Source of the DNA: Balanoglossus misakiensis
Taxonomy: Eukaryota > Animalia > Hemichordata
Direction: 5' to 3'
Length of the DNA stretch: 64,000 bases
NCBI GenBank assembly: GCA_040954595.2
Contig: CM082591.2
Span: forward strand, 4,635,957-4,699,956
The stretch's first letter is position 1. Every line of letters starts with the position of its first letter. Below are positions 13,401-24,234 of this stretch, in pieces. Below the pieces are notes generated by a model, which was not told the origin of the DNA, ran no database searches, and saw only the letters and a list, made by a program, of their open reading frames with translations. The translations under genes and the position numbers were made by a program.

Positions 13401-16400
13401 GTTGTTGTTGTTGTTTGTTTGTTTTTATTGGGGGGGGTGGCTACAATTAACGACAAGGAATGCCTGGAATATTCCAGAATGAACTTGACATTGACGGGGA
13501 AATAGCTGACAACTATTTCTCGACGTAGAACTAGAACACGACACGTGACAGGTCACCAGCCGGACAGATAGTTCATTCAACGATGATGTAGTTAGGTATT
13601 AATACTTTAACCCTTTATATTCCATGCGCACGCGTCGTAACAAATTAATATCTATATTATCTATAATTAGAATAATCCTATGTTAAAAACACATATGGGC
13701 GGCAGTGAGGACATTGACGTCATAAGTTAATTATAGTCTAACGGTGGGACACCCTGTTTGTATAATGAATTCCATTTTCTATAGTCAATTATAGGAGATT
13801 ATTTCATAATTATCTGATATAACAGCATACTTATTAATTATATATTCCCTAATAATAACATGGCGAAATAATCACACTGGAAGTTTTATGAGCGCCCCCC
13901 CCCCCACCTGCCCGGAATAAACATGACTAAACTTGGATAGCGAAAATGATCAGACTGTACGTACTGTCTTTGAAAGTCGGGTCTAAAATATGAGAATTCT
14001 AAGCAGAGAAGGGCTATCTACCAACCACGCGTAGGTTATCTCGAGGGCTCGTGACAGCCATCCTCGATACAGATATAGCCGGATTTGCTAAAGCAGTATT
14101 CATTTGCCTGTTGTTAGCACAAGGTGCGTTATATTTTGCGAACAAAGGTCGAATATTTCCTTTGAGTGTGTTTTGCTATAGCCATCATATTTCACTAGGG
14201 TATCGACACAGGAGCGTCCTCGAGAGTCGTTGGAATGCCCGTACGGGTCTTTTGAGCTCTCTACCCGCATATTCTTCGGACAACGTTCCGCGTCAGTTGA
14301 GCTCGGAGCGGAGACTATGAATCACTAACACGGGCTAACCTTGACGTTCAAAAACGGTATTTTTAATACGGAAAGCAAAAAAGTATTTTTTAGAATATTC
14401 TGTCCGTTACAAATACGTCGGGTATACAGAACTGTACAGACGACATGAATCGTGAGCATGCGCAGGTCCTTGATCTGTGATACATTGGCGACACACGAAA
14501 CACTCTATGCCTACCTGAAACTGAAACACCGGCACCTGAATCAACGTTTCCGGCGCGCTTCGATGGGCAGGAACACACGATTGTAAGATCCCAAACTCAG
14601 GAAAATTCAGTTGTCCTTTACTCCCATCTACAGAACAGTGTACACGTGCCCGCGGGTCTGCATCGCGTGTTGTATTTCGCAGATGACGAAGGTACCAATG
14701 CGTGAACGATTTGTTAAACATTGACAACAATAGGAGGACCCGCCTCCATAAATAATTACCATTATAAATTATTTTGTTCGCATACAGTGCGAGTGAAATG
14801 TATTGGTAATATGTGACCTTTGACCGGAATATCTATAAATATTGGTGGTAGTGATTTTTAGAAAGGAGAATACAGCAATATCTAGCTCAAGCTGTGGCGT
14901 ACTGCCTTCCGGAAAACCAAGAATGAGCTGGCCAATCCGTGTGGAACGGACGATGCCTTGCGATGCAAAATGTAAAATTTGATATTTCAGTTTAGATTTA
15001 TATATACATAGCAAGGCAAGTATCTATGCCATATTCTGAAAATACAATTTTTTCAGTCCAAATGAATATGGATTTATTTTGGTAGGGGCGAATTTGGTCG
15101 CTTTTTCATAACGCGCGTTCGGGCTGGACTGTACATCATGTATGTAGAGGTCCATTTCCGACCATTTTAATTAAAACCCAATGCGTAACTTGAATGTATC
15201 AGCAGCTTGGTATATTCATAGACAGTAGTACTGTCTATGGTATACTCTTGCACTCGTGAATTCGTGGTGTTGGACCCAGCAGAATGCGCCGACGCACAAA
15301 CCAATGATCTATTGGCCTTTCCCCACGTGGTCAACAGGTGGCGGGGTTCATAGGGCGCAGCTATCAATGTTGTTGACATGGCGACCCGTCGCGAGATTAC
15401 AGGGCTGGGGCGGGTTATTTCATGCACTTATTGACGCAGAAATAAACGGACATCAGTTATCGGATGCACCTGTTTCTTATTACACTGTCCAAACAGATAA
15501 TCATGTAATTTCTGACGATAAACATCGCCCCCGTTCTTATCGCGTTTTTATCCCAATTCGCAGTATTTGAACACTGGGTGATAAGCTTAAATACCCGTTC
15601 TGCATTCTACAAGTACCGCATAGTAGTCATAACTGATGTAGATAATTGTCGTGAGCATCATATCATGCGACCACGTGCTGCATTGAGGAGGGGGGGGGGG
15701 TCTGCTCAATGGTTACATTCCAACGTGAAAAGCGCCACCATGCACCAGATGTATAATTCCTTCAAATTTAATCGCCTTCACGCGGTGGTACCAGATTGTC
15801 CAAGCAGCGGATGGGGGGGGGGGGGGAGGGGGGTGCGTGACTTGAACACACGTAAAAGCAAAAACAATATTCCACAAGGTACAAGCATCAATATATAAAA
15901 ATAGCCAAAATATATAAAAAGAATTTTTGTCCAAGGTTTTAACTTTGAGTGAAGCAGTCTGGAGTTATTATTAGTATGCGCATACACGTTCCAGTTCAAT
16001 AGAAAATGGACAACTTCACAGGTATCTCAGTCTGTGGAAGTTGAAATAAATAAAGAAATGAAAAAAAAACAGACAGAATCGGCGTCGCCGTCATAATGAC
16101 ATAGAGATGCTCTGGCGGTCCGTATTAACAACCGAACAAGCTCTGAGATGGCTATAGCGTAATGGTACATATGAAAACACCACCTAGAAAATACTGTATG
16201 AACGCGTCGTGTTCCACCCGATACGGGGCCCCTCGTGTAATATCATAACCGCGGATGCGTCAAGGAAAATTGAAAATCGAAAGGAAAATGTGCATCGTCG
16301 AATATTTGATGCATCCGAAATTATATGTAAACGTGATCGTCAGTGACCGCCACAAATTTATTAGGGGATGGTAACGTTTGCGTCATGCCAATCGCAGTAC

Positions 16401-16966
16401 ATGTATTGTATATACGCAGTGAGCACATCAGTTCAGAGATATAGATGACATCATTTCAGACCGACAAACATGCAGAACGATACAGTACTGACTTTTGAAG
16501 GTTAGAGAGCATGTTTACGCAGGAATAATGCTATGGTGTTTAGACATGCGTGGTGTGCTGTGACAATGAAATTGCCACGATATGCCACTTTGTTCAATAT
16601 GAAAAATGATATATTAGCAAACTGCTTTCACAAATGAACGATATACGTGTTGTCATTTTCGCACATGCATTTATGTCACCGAATAAACGGTTTGGCATAC
16701 CTGCATTGGAGACGCACTTTTCTACGCAGTTCTTTGAATACACCGTGGTTGCCATTTTATTCATACCATCGGAAATGTTGTTTGTTGCTATTCTAAAGAA
16801 CATAAATACGCGACCGTACGTTTTATAGTTTTGAGGTCCGTAGCTGTGTGGGGATTTTGTTTTCCATTCTAAATGACGTACTTGCAAATCACGCGATAAG
16901 AATGATAAGACAAGACATTAAAATGTATTACGTTGTCCCCTCTCTGGCTGTCTGTCCGTTAGTCTC

Positions 16967-16997
<31 letters not shown>

Positions 16998-17024
16998 GTA
17001 TAACTTACCGCTGGTCGGATTCAT
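4500..17024 (-). CDS. Large ankyrin-repeat protein (>20 ANK repeats after a long acidic/Ser-rich N-terminal region); model exons 17024-17009, 12098-12000, 8443-4500 (about 1352 aa)
   Basis: The 1196-aa ORF with repeated G-x-TPLH-x-AA motifs is unambiguous. The frame stays open upstream of the GTG at 8090 to an acceptor tttacag|AC at 8444/8443 (phase 1). Upstream phase-1 donors: ATG AAT CCG ACC AGC G|gtaagt (17024-17009) and a 99-nt exon 12098-12000. The 5' exons are less certain than the main exon. Confidence 0.8.
11610..11616 (-). CDS. Candidate alternative first coding exon of the ankyrin gene (ATG GAG G|gtaagt)
   Basis: Strong donor AGG|gtaagt at 11610/11609; phase 1, in frame with 8443, giving MEDSPAARK... 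Confidence 0.35.
12000..12098 (-). CDS. 99-nt symmetric (phase 1-1) exon of the ankyrin gene encoding a predicted transmembrane helix
   Basis: Acceptor gtcttttctcttctctcaatag|G, donor ATAG|gtaagt; open in the required frame: GSVGTVAIWGIGIAPVLAIYYALRGEIFSRVGI. Confidence 0.65.
16946..16998. repeat. (TCTG)n/(TC)n microsatellite next to the ankyrin gene first donor
   Basis: Directly visible. Confidence 0.8.
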
Positions 17025-17129
17025 GATTGTTTGCCAGTTATCTGTCCGATCACGCACTGACAAAACCACGACCATACACGGGACAGCTATCATCCGCTCT
17101 TTCCATCCTCAGGTACGAGTGTTATCCGT

Positions 17130-17205
17130 GATGTGAATGTTGAGATCGAAAGTGTTGTTTTATAAATAGCGTCTTGGGTGCACCTGGGAGGAAGTGACGT
17201 CACAG
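17130..17205 (-). promoter_or_regulatory. Putative promoter of the ankyrin gene: TATA box plus overlapping ETS-CRE element
   Basis: Minus-strand TATAAAA at 17164-17158; GGAAGTGACGTCAC at 17190-17203 contains a palindromic CRE; both lie about 140-180 nt upstream of the ATG at 17024. Confidence 0.55.
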
Positions 17206-20200
17206 TTCACGCACACGTCGAGGTGCGGGCGACGAGTCAGTCAAGGCTGTGTTGAAGTCCAACTGAAAATGCGAGAAAAGTGAAGTCAAAACACGTGGAT
17301 GTCGTAGGGATCATGGTGTCGTCTTCGTGTCGTTAAAATTAACACAGTCATTTTAAGTGTGCGAGCGGGTCTTGCCTTGTCCTCGGCTGGCAATTATAAA
17401 CCGTCACGTCATTCGGGCATCGCTGTTTACCGTCAACAATAAAACATCATTCCGAGTTGAATAAATTAAACCACTAGCAACGACAGAACAAAACACGCCC
17501 AGAATAATCATGGTATTATGCGTCATCGCTGCTACGAAAGAAACACTCCCAAATAATGTCTCATAATTGTGGCAAAATATACCAGGTTACCAGCAAAAAT
17601 GATATTTTACTAAAAATAACCTAAACCGCGTTGTTGCAATAATTTCGATTAATTGCACTACCACCGTACAGGATCGGAGAGGGATTATCGAGCAAAATAT
17701 CAACCTTGGTATGTGAGTGGTAATTACATGTCGACAGAAATGTGTGGCATGTTTTGCTGCAGAAGCGAATCATACTGCTAGCCTACGGTCACGCTCGTCT
17801 CACGTTGCGCGATCGCGACCACAGCCGCAATAAATCGCAGGTTGTGTTTCTGTTTACTTTACTAAGATTCCCTTTATGGTTTTATCCAATCGAGAAAAAA
17901 CGCACGTTTGTTGCGGTAATGTTTGACAACATTCGAGGTATAAACATGACGTAATTCTGTCAATCTATGATTCCGTGCCCGTCTCGTCGTGGCCAAACTC
18001 ACGTATAAATCAAAGTGAGATAATTTCAAGTAGTGTTTTTCTTTCTTTCTTTCTGACAATAGTTGTGTACAGTGCCAAGTTTTGTGCGACCAAAGATCGA
18101 AGTTAACTTCGGCTCTAAGCCAATAAACTGATTTCTGCGAATTAGCAGGCCAGGCCGTCACGAGTCTTTCAGTACCGCAATGAACGATTGGGACTGGATA
18201 AATTGTCGACAGGCATCAGTCTGGTTGGCAGCTTTGAATCATATAATAATCTCATAAAAGGGAACTTCTGGGGAAAAAAACAATAATTTGACATTTTAAG
18301 CCATTGAGATGAGCCACTGAACACGCAAAACCCTTACAACTAAGCTCGCATTAGGCCTAACCTTCATGGTAAATAAAAGTTTTATTGTTTTTAACTCATC
18401 TCAGGATTTATTAAAACTGCCCTGGAGCGCAATGCGCTCTTTTGCAGTTTAGCATCATAAACAGAAAGTGAAAACACGCACTATGTATGGCAATGACCGT
18501 ATTTAGGTCATGGCGAATGTAAATAATCGTTTCAAATCCTGGAGATGTTTACCCATATTTGTTTCAGGTAAAATGTCATTTTGCTGCAAAAACGCATCAT
18601 TTGCCCTTGCCCCTAGCCTATGACTATATAGTATGTCCCCATGTGCCTGACGTCTGAAACAGTCGTTTGATATATAACGGACTCGGCGGAGCTGCCTTTG
18701 TTCATAAGCCATTCAAACGAAACGGTATTTTCTCAGCAGACGACACGTAATGTATGAACTCAGAATAAAGAAACGTCTTTTTTCAGTATGAAATTGAACC
18801 TTAAGTAACCTTTCTCACGTCTGATATCGATTCAAAATTTTAATCGAGGTCATTGGCAACCGTTTTAATATGAATCGTGCTCTATGACCTATATGAGGTC
18901 GTATACAGTATACAAAGAAATCGACAGTGTTTTGGCCGTCTCACGTTCATATTTCAAGACTTACCGGAAACAATTGACCCAAAGTACGCTCGATTTCGTC
19001 CCAGTTAGAAAATATCGTCATGGAAACAAACCGCAGACGGAGAGACTGTACGCGAGTATCCAGCGCGCGCGATACCAGCGACAACGCACTGATTCGACCT
19101 TAAAATGACCCTTCTTCAGTAGTCAACAAGACGTAAAGCTTATGCGACCCCAGATAACCCTTTTCAGGACATGGATACCGCATTCGTTAATTATACCATA
19201 ACTGATGCCTGGTTTCTGGTTGGGTTGACGTAACTATACGTCATGCTAAGTGCGTTTAAGTATGCAAATATTGCTGTATGTATATTCATGAGCTATCTTT
19301 TTATGATTCATAAATTAAACGTTATGGTTTATGACAAAACTTGCCCTGTGAGGGCGTTCTGTGACCTCAAAGATGGCCGACGTGTTGCTGGAATGAATGG
19401 AAATAGAAAGTATTTTCCACAGATGTAGTGTAAAAATTAGTGTTTTCCATGCTGCACCAACACTCCTTGTTATAAGGTAACCAAGGTAGTATTTAAACCA
19501 TTTTATCTGGTTGTGAGAAGCTGAATATCATCCGTTTTAATGGGGTTCGCCCGCATACCCGCGGGACAGTCAAGCAAGGTTTTGCTGACTCCCGGAAACA
19601 ATGCACCGATGACAATGTGGACAATCGCGAAACATTATGTACAATGGTTTTGTAGTCTAGACGATACTTGCTTTGTTTCAAAAGTAGTTGCGAAAGTATC
19701 GCTTTGTCTTCGACGAAGGTCGCCGAAAGCCCCCGCTTGGCGTATTACTACTGGACGAGTTTGGGCTGTTCACCTAGCCTGTCCCGAAATGAAGCAAGCT
19801 TTGTTCAATTTCAAAGTTCAAGCACGGTCACTAAAGTAAAGGGACAGAACCAATAATCGAACGGACCGTGCCAGTAGATTAAAAAGGAGACGTGAACATT
19901 AATCTCGCCCGTGTGGCTCTTTTAACAGTTCATATCTACGATGTGGTGATGATAACCATCTGGCTATCACTTTAATGATAATCTAGTTTGCCCTCTGTTG
20001 GTCAAGGTTTGCATGCGTGGATTGGGCCGGTAGCCGACCGCCACGTAAACTAAAGCCGTGCGACGGACAGTGGAACTGAAACCACAGATGTTTGATGCGA
20101 ATGTGAATACCCTACTTGACCGACTATAGGCTAGCCAAGAGCCACAAAAGATAAAAAGTAGTAAGAACTAATAGCTGATGGGAAAGGGAGATAAATTATT

Positions 20201-20339
20201 AAAGCCTTGATACCTCCACTTTTGTGCATTTTCCCCCCATCACAATATACCATAACCATTCAATTTCACTTTCACATTTGATGTATTTCAGATTTGGCAC
20301 TTAGGAGTGTGACTATACCATACCAGGCAAGGGCTCGAT

Positions 20340-21933
20340 ATGTGTAGGCCCAGAGGCCTCGGGTATTTGCCCATAACACTTGGTGTGATATCTATGGCCA
20401 CTTTTGTGACGTCTTACGTCATAGCTGTTCTCAGAGGAGATGTCTTGGCGGTGTTTCCGTACATCAGTGACACAGGCACCAAACCACCAGAAAGCTGCAT
20501 TTTTGGCCAGTTTCTGAATCTCTCTGCATTTCTGGGTAAGTTAAGTTGAATTCTTGTCGACTGTGAAAAGCAGAATTTATTACATCCTATGATCTCATGC
20601 ACTGAGCCATAATACTACAATGTCTCTGTTACCCTGGCGATCTCTTTGTTGAAATTCCATATGTTTCTGTTTCAGCGTTTGCTACAATGTACGTAAGGTA
20701 CAAACAAATCAACGAGTTTTATCCCGGCGAGGTCGGCAAGATACCGAAACTCAACAAAGCAGCTCTTGCCATTGGTTCTTTCAGTTGTCTTGGTCTTAGC
20801 ATTGTGGCCAATTTTCAGGTAATCTTTATTTTTTTCTGTAATTGAGACAGAGTCTTACAATGTCTCTAAATTGGTTTGTCTTTAGTAACTTATTTTAAAT
20901 CCTGAATTCCTGAATGACTTTCTTTGGGATGATTCATAGAAACCATGTGTGTGCCATTTCATTGTTTCTCACAGTAGTGCCTACTGCTTTTTCATCACCT
21001 TTCAGTAATGCTTATCCTTGGCTATTCCCTCCATATAAAATAATCTGGACTTTTTTTTCATATTTTGTTCGATTGCTCGTACAGGAGACGGAGGTCATTG
21101 TGGTGCATGGAGTTGGTGCTAGTATGGTGTTTGGATTGGGCGTCCTGTACGCTGTGTTGCAGACCATCATTACGTATTCCATGTACCCAGAGAGGAACGG
21201 TCTCTCCATCTGCAGGATTAGAATGATGATGTGTGTAGTGGCCATCGTCAGCATGATTATAGGTATCCTTTGAAATAGAGTGTGATAGAAAGAGAGGGGA
21301 GAGAGGGAGAGGGGGAGGGAGAGAGAACAGGAGATGGGAGAGAGGGAGATAGAGGGGAGGGATAGGCAGAGAGAGAGAGGAGGGGAGGGTGGAGAGAGAG
21401 ATGAGGGGAGGGAGAGAGCAAGTTCGAGGAAGAGAAAGAAGGCAAGAGAGGGAAGAGGGGAGCAGAGAGAGGGATGGAAGGAGGGGTGAGAAAGACTGGT
21501 CCAATTCATGAGAGTGACGTGGTTTCCTTGACAACAGTGTTCAGCTTTTGCCGCAGCTGGTGTAGCGTATGTACAGTGGGGAAGACACCATGGAAAAGAT
21601 GACAAACAACATTGGAGACCTACAGATGGGGTAAGATTGATTGAACGACTTAACACTCTAGAGCTAGCTGAAACGAATGAGCCAGGTTTGCAAGTAAACA
21701 GATGGAATAATTCCGTAATCTTTATTATTTTATTTTTCCAGGGCTACACAGCCCATCTGGTGAGTAGCATCGGAGAGTGGCTGATGGCGTTCTCCTTCCT
21801 GCTCTTCTTCTTCACGTACATCCGGGATTTCCAGAAAGTGGACATGGAAGCGCACATCCGACTGTACGTGGAGCATCTGGATGAGATTCCAGAAAGCCAG
21901 GAACCGGACGAGCGGACACGGCTCATCAATTAA
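20340..21933 (+). CDS. DRAM2: DRAM gene 1: DNA damage-regulated autophagy modulator 2-like, 264 aa; exons 20340-20535, 20676-20818, 21085-21262, 21545-21630, 21742-21933
   Basis: Family motifs [74 protein letters not shown]; C-terminal ERTRLI acidic dileucine motif as in vertebrate DRAM2. All junctions GT-AG and in phase (795 nt). Confidence 0.92.
21263..21544 (+). other. U12-type (minor spliceosome) GT-AG intron, DRAM gene 1
   Basis: Donor GTATCCTTTG; branch site TTTCCTTGAC at 21523-21532 with the branch A 13 nt from the AG; no polypyrimidine tract. Confidence 0.92.
21285..21495 (+). repeat. Purine-rich (GA/GGA) low-complexity tract inside the U12 intron
   Basis: About 210 nt almost exclusively G and A. 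Confidence 0.9.
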
Positions 21934-23054
21934 CAAGGTGCCCACCCCCTTGAAAAAAATCGAATCTTCCATGAGATATCTTGCCATATATATTATTAAA
22001 TCTCTTGGTGACAATTAATACATGTAATTACATGTCATTTACATGATAAATTCAGGTTTTTAAAAATCAAAAATTTTCACCACTGTCTGAATGATTGCAA
22101 CAGTTCGTGTATGTGTATGCAGTGTTGCTATGGCAAACATGAATTATTAGTAGCAGTGATAGTCTAGAAAAGATCATTTTGAACTTTATTTTGCAAAGCA
22201 CTACAACTCGTATGGATAGAATAAAAATAAGTCTGTAATAATAGGGAATTGCATGATTACAGAGTGAAAGAAATTCTGTAAAATCATCAGTACTGAAAAT
22301 TCTGCCATTTTAGACAAGTAGATTTAAATATTGCTTTATTTAACTGTAGCAATTATTTTATTGTTTTGTTTAGGTGTTTGTTTATAATACATAATTTAAT
22401 TTATATACTCAGATTTAGACTGCCATAACTCGCCCGTTTTTGCTATGATGGCAATGCTATATATTGCTTTTGAGATTTACTTGCTGCAAATGAAAGAAAG
22501 GTTTTAAGATTTTTTAAAGATTTTTTTTAAGATTTTAGTTGATTTTAGTTTCAGTTGTAGTGTAGAAAATGCTCGAGTATACTTGACAATTCATAAATTC
22601 ATTTGATACTGACAATTCCCGAAATCATATTTACAAAATTATTTAACTTGACTTTAACCAATCAGAGTATTGTTGCAATTTTCAATCACCAAGTTTTAAA
22701 AAAAAGTTCAAGACACTTGTGTACTTTTTCTGAATTCTATCTGCTTGACAAGGACGGATTGATACATTTTCTATTAATGCACCAATAAAAGACACTTGGT
22801 AACTAAAAAGAAGTCAGTTTTCAATTTGCTGAAGATATGCAAATGATCATGTACAAAATTGGTGACATCACCAGCACAATTGATGACATCATCACATTTT
22901 GTCTACCAAATATGGCTGATCAATTCTTATCTTCACCTGCAGAGCAACGATAAATGGACTGTGTATCCTTATATCAGTAGTAATTATCTCATAAAAGATT
23001 ATTTTAAAATGATTTAAAATTATCCAACTTATAATTTTACTTAAAAATGTATTT

Positions 23055-23672
23055 TTAAAATTTAGTGACTGGCAGTTTTCCATCCTCAGTTATGATGTTC
23101 ATATTGATTTCCGTCTCTTCAAGTTCCTTTTGACTTCCAACATGCGTCTTCAGCCAGACACTGGTGAACTCCACACAAAATGTGGCGAACCAACTTAGCA
23201 AGGCGACTGCCAGTATCCATTCTGATATGGTTGTCATCAGGTAAGCCCAGTTAATCTGTCAAAAATGAATATTTGTACAACCAGCATTGTTATTGTAAAA
23301 AAATGGAATTTAAGTATAACAAATGAGTGTAATATGCTAACTACAAAGACCACAATTTTTGACCAAAGGAAGTCATGAATTTCAGTTAACATATTATTTC
23401 TTGTCGCTTACTAGTGAGCTGTCAACCTTTTACCCAGAATGCAATAATGTGATTTGACCCCCTAGCACATCATTTTCAAGTTACAAAATAAACAAAAGAT
23501 TCGAGACCTTGGCCACACGAGGGCGCTGTTCTAAAGCACCTTATGTAAGCGGCGATTCTTACCTCTGGATCAATGAGGTATTCCTTATCATTAGGGTTTT
23601 CGGTGACGGGAGATGGCGTGGCATCTGCCTGTTGCCGATCAATAATCCCCATAGCAACACTTCCTGCTATAA
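23055..23672 (-). CDS. DRAM/TMEM150 gene 2, alternative terminal exon pair B (23672-23563 and 23255-23055), giving a 278-aa isoform
   Basis: gtcacag|TTATAGCA..CCAGAG|gtaaga (110 nt, phase 1 to 0), then ttttgacag|ATTAACTGG..; encodes IAGSVAMGIIDRQ..LIDPE and INWAYLMTTISEWILAVALLSWFATFCVEF.., a second copy of the family's last TM helix. Confidence 0.8.
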
Positions 23673-24234
23673 CTGTGACAAAAAAGCTCAGGAAATTTCT
23701 AAGATCTCTAAAATTTAGGGTCTGGTAGGCAGTGACGATACAGTTGTATGCATCATGTGTCAAAACCATGCAAATTAGAACATGCACATTAAATACCTAA
23801 AATATATGATTTATTAACAACATATATTACATAGAAAAGTGTGTTACATAACCCATGGAAGAAAAAATACTATGAAAACTGCAGCTAGCTCATTTGGAAG
23901 TATAATTTGCAGGCTAGACAATGTTGTGAGTTCCAGTCAGGCCAATCCTAGTGGAAATTGCACTTTCTAATAATTATTGTATAAAAGGGGGAAGGGGGTG
24001 GGGTGTCTAAACTGCACATGTGTGACTTCCATTAAGAGGTTAAATTCTTTGAGGTAGAAATGGTCTTTTCGACTAAAATAAACCCAAGCGCTTTTTTAAA
24101 TTCAAGCATATTATATGAGATATTATAAAAAATATCTTTTGATTATTTTTGAGCTATTATGATTAAAACAACTGATATGTATTTGAAAAACTTTTTCTTA
24201 AATATTATTTAGTGTTAAATAATAATTAGTATTA

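Noticed and set aside
13466-13480. Perfect three-unit heat-shock element GAAtaTTCcaGAA
   Set aside because: About one is expected by chance in 64 kb of this composition; not tied to a supported TSS.
21012-21656. 214-aa and 158-aa Leu/Ser/Pro-rich minus-strand ORFs
   Set aside because: Translation of the GA-rich intronic tract, antisense to DRAM gene 1.
22963-22970. Isolated GTATCCTT (also ATATCCTTTT at 53281) resembling U12 donors
   Set aside because: No convincing upstream exon or paired branch site; several chance 8-mer matches are expected.
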